Position numbers and translations under genes: made by a program | Notes under the pieces: generated by a model | What the model saw: the letters and a program-made list of their open reading frames with translations, nothing else | The model's database searches: none | What the model was told of the DNA's origin: nothing | NCBI GenBank assembly: GCA_951804945.1 | Contig: OX638150.1 | Location: 66,898,001 to 66,962,000, forward strand | Direction: 5' to 3' | DNA length: 64,000 bases | From: Podarcis cretensis | Taxonomy: Eukaryota | Part shown: piece after piece, positions 36,801-49,962 of the stretch | How positions within the stretch are numbered: position 1 is the first letter of the stretch | How the letters are laid out: every line of letters begins with the position of its first letter

Positions 36801-38335
36801 CAGCCTATTTCCAATTACAGCAACCAGCTCTTTGGCCCTAATTTTTTTCTTCATCAACTTAATTTCATACAAATCTTGTACTTATTAAGCCTACTTCCAT
36901 TGGAGAACCAAGTCCGGGCTCAACATAAGGTGTGTGAGAGATTTTGTTTGTGTGTGATGTCCATCCAAATTACTTTTGGATACAAAAGCACATCCAAAGT
37001 ACTTTTAAGTGTTACAGTAACAAAATCACTTACAACTCATTTGAGTAACATAGCCTTTTAATGCCAGAAAAGCTTCACTCTAAATTTGCAAAATAAAGGA
37101 AACACTGGCACAGGGTTTGCTCTATTTAACAGGCACAATCTGGTGCCTGGCAAATTATTGTTCATACCTTTGCACAGAAGGCTGCAAGAAGAACCTAAAA
37201 GTGCCACCCATCCACCCTGCTTTCGCCTCACTCAAGCCTCCTCTTGATTAAAAAGCTTTCCATTAGCAGACAGGACGCAACTGGAAAGAACCCTATAAAG
37301 ACCATAATAAACCAGTGTACTAGAAGCATATAAACAATCCAACACCCACCAGCCCCCACTAAGCAATGGCAGATGTTAAGGCACCTTTACAAAACGCCAG
37401 AATCTGCGTCATCTGTTCCTATGTAGGTATTCCCCTTTGTGCTTGGCACTGTTTGCAGCTGTTTGGGTGCAAAATCCCTTCAGTAGTCACAGGCTTCCAA
37501 TTCAGCACTTTAAAGCCCCATGATTCCAGGTATGAACGGCTTTGCCTGACTCAACAGGGAACATCTTGTTCCCCATAGGGTTAGAAACATTATCAGTAAG
37601 ACCCACACAGAGGCACCGGTTGCTATTGCGCTTCATGTTATAAAAAAGGGTATTTCCTCTGTGGGGGAAAAGCAAGGAGGCCTTTGATGTAAGCATTCAG
37701 AAAGAAACCTCAATGGCTATGAAAAAGACAGGCTTAGCATTTAAAAGGGCTTCCACATAAGTTACAATGAATTATTTGCAATTAAATAACATTTATGATC
37801 TGTTAAATGCAGTTAACGTTGCAGAGCCTTATAAAGCGACCCCCAATTGCATATTGAAGGCCTGCCTTGCTATTTTTCCCACAGCATAAAAACTAATTAG
37901 CGAAGAGCACGTTGCTCAAACCGGACAGCCATTTGGGCAGTAGGCAGTGAGCTGAAAATTATAATATGCACATTATGGAGCCTTTGGCTCCAATTGCTGT
38001 GGTAGCCAATGTCTGCTTTTTTATCCACTGTAATGTTTTAATCCAAACTTTGAGTTAATTTTCATATTTCCAATAATTTGTGCTCTGCTCCCCATCACCC
38101 TCCCATCACTGGCAATGTACTATTTATTACATACACTGAGATTTCAGAGGCACAGTGCTTATCCAGGTTTTGTTTCTTTTGGAAAGAGATCATTTTAATA
38201 TTTGAATCTATTTACAAATATACAGGTTAAGGATAAATGTGAAAGCACAGATTGACACTTCAAAATGTCAAATCCAATGCCACCACTGGATCTCCAAGGA
38301 GACACCCAGCACCCCAAATTGCCATTAGCTTACAG

Positions 38336-38471
38336 CAGGCATGGCCAAACTTGGCCCTTCAGATGTTTGGGGACTACAGTTCCCATCATCCCTGACCACT
38401 GGCCCTGTTAGCCAGGGATGATGGGAGTTGTAGTCCCAAAACATCTGGAGGGTCAAGTTTGGCCATGTCTG
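38336..38471. mobile_element. hAT MITE (gggactacaa-tcccatcatccct family) with 8-bp TSD
   Basis: TIRs caggcatggccaaac / gtttggccatgtctg, TSD gcttacag on both sides, fully palindromic body. Confidence 0.9.
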
Positions 38472-38789
38472 GCTTACAGAAACCTCAGAATTCAACTTTC
38501 TGTTTCTGTGTACACACTGACAGCTTATAATGCACCTAGGTCATTCTTTTTCTCAATTTGAATCCAAGCTGGTTTGAGGAAAAACACAGTATTTCATAAG
38601 AAATTACAGGACAGATACATCGTAGATGCGGATCAGTCTCAATCCTTCCTCTACTCTAGGAGTTGCCAACCCACTGGCACACAAACACACACCAAGCCCT
38701 TCACTGGTGCCCCTATCTGCCCCTGCTCCTCTCCCCTCTGCAACTGGGCTGAAGTGTTTCCCCAGCCAGGTCATTTTCTTTCCTCAGGT

Positions 38790-39091
38790 GCGGGAATATG
38801 CTGCCAATATCATGACACTATTATACAAACCTATGATGAAACCACACTTGTACAGTCACCGCACTTTAAAAATACTATTGTAGGGCTGGAAAAGGTCCAG
38901 AAAGGGGCAACTAAAATTATCAAGAGGATGCCGTAACTCCCCCATGAGTTACATTTGGAACTTTTTAGTTTAAAGAAAATGTGTGTAAGATGGAAGTGTG
39001 TAGAATTATGCATGGTTTGGAGAAAGAATGTAAAGAAATTTTGGCTCCCTCACACTAGAACTTAGGGACTTCCAATAAGGCTGAATGTTAG

Positions 39092-39122
<31 letters not shown>

Positions 39123-39230
39123 CTTCATACAGTGCACTACTAGAGGAAGTGATGGTTATCTGTCTGGCTACTGTAGAAACAGAGTGCTGGACTAGATCAG
39201 CCTTTGGCCTGATCCAACAGGCTCTTCTTT
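38790..39230 (+). mobile_element. CR1 LINE 3' fragment
   Basis: Translates ...PHFKNTIVGLEKVQKGATKIIK, resembling the CR1 ORF2 C-terminus. Ends gctggactagat...ggcctgatcca. Confidence 0.75.
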
Positions 39231-40428
39231 CGCTCAGAAGAGAAAATTCACCTTGTGAATCAGTTTACACACAGATCCAATGCACACTCCCAGAAAATAG
39301 TCATCTGTATTTACCAGTGTCATGACAACCTGGAAGAATGTGAATTTCAGTGAATAAATCTTTTGTCCATCTGTATAACTCAATAAAATATTTATATCCA
39401 GACTGTCATGCGGTTTGAGTGACAAGGCATTAACAGATAATAAATGCACTGAAAACCCAATGACAAATGTTGTTTCAAGTTCTCTGTTGCTAGCAAATAT
39501 TTGATTAGCAAATAACTCTGCACTGGTGCATTTGAGAAGGTAACCGAGAGCCATCTGCATTCCTCAAGCAAATCTCCTCGCAAATAACAAATAAATTTGA
39601 CAAGGATGCTGTGCCCCATTTCCTCTCCTGCCCCCCACCCTCCCGCCCACCAGTGAAAGTAGCAGTGGTCACTATAGCATCTTCATTTATAATCTGAGTC
39701 AACAGCATAACAGCTGCAGCTTCTGGGTTCAATTCAGATCTGCTGTAAGAGGGTATACAATTTGATTGCTCGATTGTGTCACAGGGACAAAAATAAGACA
39801 TGGATTGGATCCTGATTACAGCACACATTTGCTTTCTTCTGTATCCAGGAGATCTTCAGCAATGCAGGCACAATTCAATGCAGGCACAGAGATGCAGAGT
39901 CTCCCCATCTTACTAATAATACTCATTACTCAACTTACTGATAATAGAAAAGCATCCATTAAATTCCAGGAACAGTTAATGACATGCTTGTTTGCTGTCC
40001 TGGGTAGTTCACTCCCTTTTCATTCATAATTACTTCATACAGAACATGATTATTATCACTGCTAATCACTCTTTTCACGCCCCCTACCCAACAGTGACTG
40101 GGCTAAAAGGTTAAAATATTGCATGCCCAGTAAAAAGAAGAGGAAACTAAAGTATTTTTTGTACATTTGTATGTTTAGATTTTAAAGCATCACTCGAGTA
40201 TATAAAACCTGTTAAGTATCCAACATACCTAGGCACATACTAACATACATCACATTGCAGCCTTAATCCACCATCATCATGCTGCCTGTACAGTGTTAAA
40301 TATTAGTGCAGAGGTATTTTTTACAGCTTGATCTGGGAGCCAACAAACTGCCTCTACCTTTTCGATTTTTGCTGTGTCTCACATTTATGTATAGGAAGTG
40401 AAATAAATGTCCATGACAAGGATTACAA

Positions 40429-40564
40429 CAGGCATCCCCAACCTGCAGCCCTCCAGATGTTTTGGCCTACGATTCCCATGATCCCTTGCTAACAGGACCA
40501 GTGGTCAAGGGTGATGGGAATTGTAGTCCAAAACATCTGGAGGGCCGAAGGTTGGGGATGCCTG
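40429..40564. mobile_element. hAT MITE, same family
   Basis: TIRs caggcatcccca / tggggatgcctg with TSD gattacaa / gattagaa. Confidence 0.88.
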
Positions 40565-40660
40565 GATTAGAAGCTAAAAGAAAGGTGAAAGGTAAGGGAG
40601 GGTGGTGAGTTAGAAGACAAGTAGCACGTTGTACAAAATGAGCAAGTTTATGATGTAAAG

Positions 40661-40811
40661 TCATGGAATCACAGAATTGTGGAGTTGGCAGGGACTCCTG
40701 AGGATCATCTGGTCCAATTCCCTGCAATGCAGGAATACGCAGCTGCCCCATGTGGGGACTGAACTTTAAACCTTGGCATTATGAGCACCACACTCTGACC
40801 AACTGAGTTAT
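40661..40811 (-). mobile_element. tRNA-Ile-derived SINE with CR1-type tail
   Basis: Minus strand reads taactcagttggtcagagtgtggtgct...cagctgcgtattcctgcattgcagg...attctgtgattc. Confidence 0.8.
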
Positions 40812-41221
40812 CTGACTTCCCTGTTCTGCTTATCTATAACTGATGCACATATGCATGAGCCTCACTTGAACTATCAATATTTCACTGCTAAGCACGTGGT
40901 GCCTGTAAGCCCATTACATGAACCGTAGCCACTAAAACCCCCTGTATTTTAGGCAATGTGAATCTCCAACTGTGATTCATAATCTGCTGGTTCAGCTTCA
41001 TTCCTCACTTGACAAAGGGCAGGATTCACCAAACAGGTGCACTAGGAGAAACCAACACAATGAGTCCCGCTAGTGCAGGACTTTCCACCCTCTGCTCCCT
41101 CCACAGTGCCCAAATTGGCTCTGAAATGCTTGCGCAGACGGAATGATTGAAAAAGCGCAGCACTGGAATCCTCTCAAAGTGACAGACGTGCATGATGGAA
41201 TCTACCCTTTGATTTATAATA

Positions 41222-41447
41222 CAGTGGTACTTCGGGTTACATATGCTTCAGGTTACAGACTCCGCTAACCCAGAAATAGTGCTTCAGGTTAAGAACTTTG
41301 CTTCAGGATGAGAACAGAAATCGTGCTCGGGCAGCACGGCGGCGGCAGGAGGCCCCATTAGCTAAAGTGGTGCTTCAGGTTAAGAACAGTTTCAGGTTAA
41401 GAACAGACCTCCAGAACGAATTAAGTACTTAACCCGAGGTACCACTG
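41222..41447 (-). mobile_element. Tigger/pogo-like MITE (TIR CAGTGGTACCTCGGGTTA, TA TSD)
   Basis: TIRs and TA flanks. Reverse orientation relative to the three copies below. Confidence 0.92.
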
Positions 41448-42465
41448 TAATTGAATCCCGTTAAGAGTTTGGCACAAAAGTGTTAAATACATTGAGTCCA
41501 GTATCACAACTTGCATTACATATCTCCCGAAACTAAACAATGCAAGAGTGCCCTCTTTTTTTTGCTTTAGACAAATCTATTATTTAGATAAACTTTCCCA
41601 AGATCCCTCAGGCAATGGTTTTTAACACCTGCCTTGCCTCCTGCTGCCTCCAGCTCTAGGAACCTTTTCCAGACCATGACTTTAAGAACAGCAAAACCAG
41701 CTGGGAAGAGAGAATAGGCGTTCAGGAATATATATGTTGTGTGTCTTTGTTTCTCAATTTGATCCTTTTACATGATTTTTTATGTATGTGGAATTTAATG
41801 CATTGTGACTTGCTATTTTTATTTTAGTTTAGTAATTAATTATTGTAATGTCTAATGAATTTGTTTAATTATTTGCTGATATTTAATTTTATTATGTACT
41901 ATTATATTCTAATAGATTATCAGATATTACTTTATTCAATATACATTGTTTATTCTAAAGTTACATTTTTATCATGACTTTTTTGTATTGGATCAGATTG
42001 TTATATGGGGTGTAATCTGTCGTATATTATGTTGTTTGTTCAGTTTGTAAACCACCTTGTGGGAAGTAATGTAGAAAAGCAGAATACAAAGTTATAGTAA
42101 AAGGAAAAATGAAATACTTCAACAAGCTTTCTTGTATGGTTGCAGATAACACATATACTGGATAGCATTCCCACTCTCTAATTCATAATGGATTTGGTAT
42201 TTGAGCTTTGATATCCCCTTTGTTTTTAACTTAAAATGAAGACTGTTTAAATACTGAAAAGTTGGCTTCTGAGTTTCTCTCACTTTATTTTGTTCCACGT
42301 GTGAATGTTGTCAATGCAAGATACAAAATGGGAGCTAAATTTGCCGTATTACACACAATCTCCTTGTGTGTAAGCCAACACTCTTGGGATAAACCCAGCC
42401 TAAACAGGATTTTAAGCTGTGTGGGGAGGCAGGCACCGTGTTTCAGATCTAGGCCCTCAAACTTA

Positions 42466-42724
42466 CCGTATTTTTCGCTCTATAAGACGCACCAGACCAC
42501 AAGACGCACCTAGTTTTTGGAGGAGGAAAACAAGGAAAAAAATATTCTGAATCTCAGAAGTCAGAACAGCAAGAGGGATCGCTGTGCAGTGAAAGCAGCA
42601 ATCCCTCTTGCTGTTCTGGCTTCTAGGATAGCTGCGCAGCCTGCATTCACTCCATAAGATGCACACACATTTCCCCTTACTTTTTAGGAGGGAAAAAGTA
42701 AGTCTTATAGAGCAAAAAATATGG
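42466..42724. mobile_element. Non-autonomous Tc1/mariner-superfamily element related to 1592-1992
   Basis: TIRs ccgtatttttcgctctataagac / gtcttatagagcaaaaaatatgg with TA on both sides. Confidence 0.88.
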
Positions 42725-43388
42725 TAACTTTATTTTCTAAGCTGTACCCACATCCTGTGTTTGCTGAGCACCTAAGCAGGAGCACTGAATGTGCAACCTT
42801 ACTAAGTGAAAGCTCACATTGACATTGCAATCTCATTTAAGGTAAGCCTCACCTGTGAGAATGGCTGGAGGGCCAAGTGGTTTCTTGCTCTTGAAGGAAG
42901 GTCCGATGTTAGTATCTCTGCACGGCTTTCCAGCTTCTCCATGAACACAGCTGTCCTCCCGATACTCCTCTGTGCTGCCGTCCAACAGCAGGTGAATTCG
43001 CATCAGGCCTGGCAGCACATGAAAAAGCTCTAAGCGGGGAGCTGCGTACAGCTGAAAAACCACCTAAGATTGTAGTTGGGATTGTCTCCAGCTCCTGGAG
43101 AGAGCTTCATTATACTGGCAGCAGCAGAAGCCTGCCTGGTCTGTGAGAGGCTAAGTACACAGCTGCCAGGCTCACCCGGCCTAATCAGACTCCCCTGCTG
43201 TGTCCCAGGCAAGCTCATTAGCAAAGGTCTTTATGTCACTGAGCAGAGGCCTTTTCCAAAGAAATCATCAAGTTGCCCCTGGCCTGAGAAGGTGTGGCCT
43301 ACATCTGTGCCGTGAACAGATACTCAGAACAAGACAAGGGAGGAACAGGCAGAGAAAGAACTGTCTTGAACCTCCAGTTTTTTCACAT

Positions 43389-43715
43389 TGAAACATACTT
43401 GGAGTCCTGTAGCGATTTCATGCTCTTTATTGCAGCTTGTAAAACAGTGATTAAATTGCCCACCAAACCTCAGGCTTTTATATACATTATTTACACAATG
43501 AGTCCCATCTGATTGGCTGATTCTGCTTCCCTCCTGGAGCCTGATTGGTCTTTTCCTGCAGGCCAATCAGCTGTTGCATTCTATGATCCTACCAGCCTTA
43601 TTGGCTGATTAACTTCCTCCTGGAGCCTGATTGGTCTTTTCCTGCAAGCCAATCAGTTGTTGCATTCTAGGATCCTACTTGCCTATTGTTCTATATCCAA
43701 ACTTAGTACATAACA
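43389..43715 (-). mobile_element. Solo LTR (327 bp) with a perfect 5-bp TSD
   Basis: TG...CA termini flanked by CACAT at 43384-43388 and 43716-43720. Minus strand has TATATAAAA (43476-43484), AATAAA (43426-43431) and a duplicated CCAAT-rich unit. Confidence 0.9.
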
Positions 43716-44883
43716 CACATGTACCCTCAAGGTCTCCATGAATAACTCTGTATGCACGTTTAGGTAGCCTGACAGAAAGATGAACATGTGTGTTTACAAC
43801 GGACCCCCCTTGCGCCCTTGTGTCTCACGCTTCCCCCACAGCTCCGGTGTTGCCTTGATTTTATAGTGAATCAAGGTACCTTCCTATGCCTGTAATAGTT
43901 ATGTAGAAATAATAACTTCAGCAGGAGCAGCATCGTATGCCGGTGTGAGGAAAGCTGTGCCTGCTAACACTCCCAGCACCACAATTAAAATTAAAATTTA
44001 AAAGGTGCAGGACCATTGCAGCTGATATCGTCACACAAGCCTCCAAGTGCTCTGGCTCCTTTACCTGCCTTGCCATGTGTCTTCCACCGTGTTCAGCCAG
44101 GCCTTTGGCTGATTAACATCATACACCAGGGTTTCCCAACCTTGGGTCTCCAGCTGTTTTGGGACTACAATTCCCATCACCCCTGACCACTGGTCCTGCT
44201 CGCTTGGGATGATGGGAGTTGTAGTCCAAAAACAGTTGGTGACCCAAGGCTGTCCTACACCCTTTTAAATGTGTTTGTGGGAGGGGGTTATTATTTTGTA
44301 CTTGTTTTTATTAGGCTTTTTGTCTTTTCATCTTGTATTTTTATGTTGTGAACTGCCCTGAGATCTACAGATGAAGGGCAGTACACTATTTTAACAAATT
44401 AATAATAAATTAATAAATAAAAGGTTATAATTAGCCAAAGGCCTAGGAGATGTGGAATGTTCCTAAAGATATGCCCAGTACCCTGAGATCTACAGATGAA
44501 GGGCAGTATGCAAATTTGATAAATAAATTAAAAATAAAGATATTAAAAATTGGATGGTTGGAAGGTATAGGAGCCTTGCCATCTTTTGCTTCAAGCCATC
44601 CTTCCTGGTCCTCCTTTCATGTTTTTTCTCAGTGGGTTAGTCCAGGACCACTGGTACAGTCAGCCATACAGTCACCTGTTTCTCAGTTTCCTTCACTGGG
44701 CATTTCTCTTGCCTATGCACAATCCCTTCCGCTTCTCCCAAAATATCACAAGCCCTGCAATGCAGAACTTTTGGGCTTAATACCACATAGTCCTTTCAAA
44801 AAAGGTTAAAGTTACAATGATCAGTTGTTTGAGAATGAGGAGCTAAATTCAGCACCTCTCCCTAATTTAACCAGCATTAACTA

Positions 44884-45125
44884 CAGTAGTACCTCGGGTT
44901 AAGTACTTAATTCGTTCCGGAGATCCGTTCTTAACCTGAAACTGTTCTTAACCTGAAGCACCACTTTAGCTAATGGGGCCTCCTGCTGCTGCCGCGCTGC
45001 TGGAGCACGATTTCTGTTCTCATCCTGAAGCAAAGTTCTTAACCTGAAGCACTATTTCTGGGTTAGCGGTGTCTGTAACCTGAAGCGTATGTAACCTGAA
45101 GCGTATGTAACCTAAGGTACCACTG
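44884..45125 (+). mobile_element. Tigger/pogo-like MITE, same family
   Basis: TIRs, TA TSD and internal taacctgaagc repeats. Confidence 0.92.
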
Positions 45126-46835
45126 TAGTTGCATTTTCATGATTAGAAGTCCTGCAATGCAGAGCCCCAGTCATTCTGTATTTCTTTTCAACAGCCAGCA
45201 TTTGCCATTTTAATTTTTTTTTAAAGAATCTTATCATTTTGTGCGAACAAACATATTGACAAAAGAAAGTTTTCTAAAAAGTTGGAACATTTTTACTTGG
45301 GATTCTGATGGTTAGGACAGTAATGCAACACAGACATTTGTCTGTGCTGCAGAAATGGATATTGAGAGAGTGTAGTGGGAAACAGTTCAATACTGAGGTT
45401 GATCCTTGCAAAGTTTGCTTAGGTGAAGGCCCTTCTGAATTCCAAGGGATTTACTGTCAGGAAAATAAGTACGGGATTGCAGCCTCAGTTCTTTAGAATC
45501 ACAGTGATACAATCAGATGGAAAGGAGTCCATGTTTAAGAGCAATACCTCCGCAGCACCTAAGTACCTGGTGTGTAACATTCCTGCACAGATCACAATAG
45601 CAAATCATCCATTGTGGAATTTGCCCAGGACAAAAAGCTGCAGTGAAGAAATGAAATGAGCAGAAAAGAAAACTTTTCCTTACTTTTGGTCTTGCAAAGA
45701 CAACCTCTGCAGACCAGCAACAAATTCACAACAGATAAGAGCCCCCCCCCCATGTTATAAACAAATGGCTTGAAAAAGCCCCTAAGCATTTGTTACTTCT
45801 CTTGCCTCTATAAATAAAAGATCTTTCTAAACTTCGTTAAACCAGTTCCAAATGTTGAATAATGCTACTCTGACAACAGTAAGATGGGTTTTTTAAAAAA
45901 CATGCTATATTTGGAGTAGAAAAATAACAATGGTTAGGATCCCTCCCCCCCCCGCCCCCCATTTTCCCTAAAAGCTCACACAGGTACAGTATCTTCTTTC
46001 CACCCCGTTATTCACCATGCACCTGTACAGTATCATCTCATTACCCACTCGGCAGCTGTAGATCATTTAAAACAGTTCAAAGAACCACACAAGAAGCAAA
46101 GGGTTAATTTTGAGGGGGAAACCAAAGAAGCAAAATAGAAGTTGACAAGAGAAAGTTAGGTAGCTTTGTATTGGGGAGGGGGGGCACATATGCTTTTTCT
46201 TTTTTTTTCCTCCTGAAAAGAGATAATGACTTACACCTACCCTATATACAGTACACTTTTCAAGCTGTTTGAAGTGTGATTCTAAATGCACTTTGCAAAT
46301 TAAGTCTTGGCTTCCTTTGTTCTTCAATTACTGTAACTTGAAGATAAAAGCAATTTATATCCCACAAGAACAATAATGAAGCAGTGGTCAAAAAAAGCTA
46401 AAAGATCAAGTCTTTCAAACTAGGAAGAGCTGTCATAACACCTTGGTTCAGTTGTCAGGTAGAGTACCAACTATGACATTCAGCAGAGCATGGCATTAAA
46501 TTGGCTTGTAATCCATTGAACAGAGGCTCTGTACATATAAAGGCCAATTTAAAGTTTCTGTTCCTGTGTTTTTAAATTGCAGGGCGATTCCAAATGGGAG
46601 TTTATGGTGGAATTGGTGCTGCTCATGCAAGCAACTTTTTTGTGATGCCCACACAGCATCATTAAGATGTCTGTCTTTGTGTGAGTGTGAATGTGTGTGT
46701 GTGTGTGTGTGTGTGTGTTTGTGCATGCGTGCTTTTCCATTTTATATCCAAATTTCTCTTCACTGCAGAAAACCCAATAAATAAAAACAACCCGTTATCC
46801 ATCTGCAGTCACTGAGCTGTAGAAACACTATCTTC

Positions 46836-47026
46836 TCGGTAGTGGCACCCTCCCTGTGGAGCACCCTCCCTTCAGATGTTAAGGAGATAAAGAACTTCAC
46901 AACTTTTAGAATATATCTGAAGGCAGCCCTGTATCAGGAGGTTTTTAATGTTTGATGATTTATTATGTTTTTATATATGCTGTAAAACTCCCAGAGTGGC
47001 TGGGGAAACCCAGCCAGATGGATGGG

Positions 47027-47064
<38 letters not shown>
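46836..47064 (+). mobile_element. L2 LINE 3' end with (TAT)n tail
   Basis: gtggcaccctccctgtgg...cccagagtggctggggaaacccagccagatgg, homologous to 57790-57960 on the opposite strand. Confidence 0.8.
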
Positions 47065-47065
<1 letters not shown>

Positions 47066-47299
47066 GCAGTCTCTCACACATGTGATGCTATTTCAGTGGG
47101 TGGCACTAACCCCACAACCCTGTTTATGTTATCTCCTCAGCTGAGCACAGCCTAGTCATTTTGTTTCCAGTGACCCAAACTATACAACTGTGCCAATTTC
47201 CAGCAACTGCTGCATGCTGAAAACACATTTGAATTTCAAAAACCGAGTTAGGAGGAGTTTTTTCTCTCAGTATCTCCATGGAGTACATGTTGTAGATTA

Positions 47300-47667
47300 C
47301 ATAACCCTCAACATTTCTCCAATGAAAATAGGGACGTCCCATTCCATAATGATAATTTTAGTACTTGTACCCCACACATCTTACTGGGTTGTCCCAGCCA
47401 CTCTGGGAGGCTTTCAACATATATAAAAACATAATAAAACATTAAATTTTCCCTTTTTAGTATTGCCTTCAGACGGCTCCAGGATCAGATAACTCCAGAC
47501 CCCCCAGCAGGGATGTCTCCAATGAAAACAGGGACATCCTACCATACCCTTCACTATTTCTCTGACGAAAATAGGGAAAGAGGGATATTCTAGGATCAAA
47601 TCAGAAACTGGGGCAGCTGCTCTAAATCAGGGACACCCTTGGAAAATAGGGGCACTTGGAGGGTTTG
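47300..47667. mobile_element. Non-autonomous DNA transposon with repeated aaatagggac motifs, carrying an L2 3'-end fragment
   Basis: Termini cataaccctc / ggagggtttg and reiterated tgaaaataggga. L2 tail-like piece at ~47360-47475. A related left end lies at ~35890-35985. Confidence 0.6.
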
Positions 47668-47772
47668 AGATTACCTCAGAGATTTTTATTCACATGACAC
47701 ACAACAGGCCTTAAAAGGGGGTCTTGGGTAAACCTTAGGCATGTAAATATCACACAAGACGTCAGTATAAAC

Positions 47773-48142
47773 CAGGGATTTTTTTCAGCCGGAACTCAGT
47801 TCTGGCGCCTCTCAGGTGGGAGCCATTGCCATTCTAAGAGAACAAGGAAGGCGTTCATTGTGAGTTCTAGCACCTCCTTATCTAGAAAAATAGTACAGTG
47901 GTACCTCGGGTTAAGTACTTAATTCGTTCTGGAGGTCCGTTCTTAACCTGAAACTGTTCTTAACCTGAAGCACCACTTTAGCTAATGGGGCCTCCTGCTG
48001 CCGCCACACCGCCGGAGCCCGATTTCTGTTCTTATCCTGAAGCAAAGTTCTTAACCTGAAGCACTATTTCTGGGTTAGCAGAGTGTGTAACCTGAAGCGT
48101 ATGTAACCTGAAGCATATGTAACCCAAGGTACCACTGTACTG
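47773..48142. mobile_element. hAT-type MITE with 8-bp TSD, host of the nested MITE
   Basis: CAG...CTG ends with TSD gtataaac (47765-47772) / gtataaat (48143-48150). Confidence 0.72.
47896..48137 (+). mobile_element. Tigger/pogo-like MITE nested in the terminus of a hAT MITE
   Basis: TIRs and TA TSD, located inside 47773-48142. Confidence 0.92.
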
Positions 48143-49861
48143 GTATAAATAATTCTTTTCTAATTCTGCACAAGGCATTTTTGTTAGTATAATAGTCAAG
48201 AAGGAAAGGGTTATACCTTACCTCCCTGCATACTGTGGTTGAAATGAAAACTGCCCCCCAATTAGTAATTTTTAAAAACAAAAACAAAAACAAGTTAAAA
48301 TAAGGTCTAGTGTAGCTCTGAGTGTCTTTGAGTACATTGCTGGTGCTCAAAAGGCCAGCTGCTTCTGCTGGTGCAGTGTTCTTTAAGTGCTTCCTCACTT
48401 TACAACTGCAGCACTGCAGATGTTTGAAGGGTGTGGTGTGAGCTGAGACATCCTTTAGTTGTTTACAACTGCTTTCCCATCATATCTACCTCGAGCATCT
48501 GTCTGCTCCTCTCCCCCAAAGAGCATAATACTTATGAGGAGGAAGATGTTCTCTCATCGCTGTTTCTCTTGTCACCAAAAAATGTATTCACACACAAGAT
48601 CCTCTGCAGGCCCTCTGCTTCTAATTTTAATGCCTGATCGAGAAAAAGCAAACAACAAACAGGTATCAATTTGCTAGGAAATAATTGCATTTTAGGCTAT
48701 CAGTTTGCTTAGATGTCAACCCAAGCAGGCTATTAACAGCACTAGTATTTGAGTGTCCTCAACAAATTTAAAAAACCTCAGTGGTATAAATGAAGGAAGG
48801 TGAATGAAAGAATAGAATGCAGGATGGGAAATAATTTGCAATTAGACACTCTCCATTTAGTCTAACAGTACACAAAGACACACTGTGAGGAATTATTTCC
48901 AAGGCTTGTTCATTGCATTCATCTTTTATATCCTGCCTCTCTTATTCTCTCACCTAGGACGTTAAACACAGAGATTTGGCTGCCTTCCATTTCCATTACA
49001 GATTGGAGTAGCAGCCATGTAGGATACTTTGTTCAAAGCAAGTACTTCATGTACCTGACATTTGTGAAACAGAATCTCTGTACTTCCATGATACAAATCT
49101 ATTATTGTTATTGAAATTAAAATGGATATCCCACCCTTTCCCTTAAAGGAGTCAGGGCGGCAAACACACACAGGGTTAAACCATTAAAACATCTTAAAAA
49201 TATTCCAATACAGTTGCAAGCTTTATATCTGGTGCAGTAAAGATTCTCACTGATGAATTATATTGATCCCAAAGGAAGGAGAGCATAGATTATTTAGTTT
49301 TCATATCCATGAAACTTTAGTTTTCATATCCATGGTTTTTGACACTCAGCATACCCATCCACTCAATTCCTGCCATGAAATTAAATTTCGTTTGAATGCA
49401 ATGTTTGTTTGGTAATTAAGATTGGCATTAAGATTATTTTCCACAATTGCAGATTACACTGTGCATAAGAACCATTCAGACCTAATCACAGCATGGAATT
49501 TGATAAAGATAAATGATTCCCAATGAAGCTCCCTTAAATTTATGATAGGCAACAGAGGCCCTTCTCTTGGTACTCCTGCTTTCAAAAGTGAGAGATTTGA
49601 GAGGGCCTCCTTAGTGGTAGCACTACTAATGGAAAGCTGTCCCCAGAATAGTTCAGGAGGCACCAACATTACCATGAATTAGGAATCAGATCTAAACCTT
49701 ATCCACCAGGACTTTTAATGAAGAACCTGTTATTTTGATCTTACCTCCTTCTTTTGTTCTGTTGCTTTTATGAGTATGTTGTTGACCTTTATTTTGCTTT
49801 TGCTTTTTTATATGCACTTTGTGAGCAACTTTAGAGACTGTAATATTGTACAATTTGGGGG

Positions 49862-49962
49862 TAAGGTAAAGGTAAAGGGACCCCTGACCATTAGGTCCAG
49901 TCGTGACCGACTCTGGGGTTGCGGCGCTCATCTCGCTTTATTGGCCAAGGGAGCCGGCGTAC
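49862..49962 (-). mobile_element. Sauria SINE 3' fragment
   Basis: aaggtaaaggtaaagggacccctgaccattaggtccagtcg..., homologous to 13317-13410. Confidence 0.85.
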
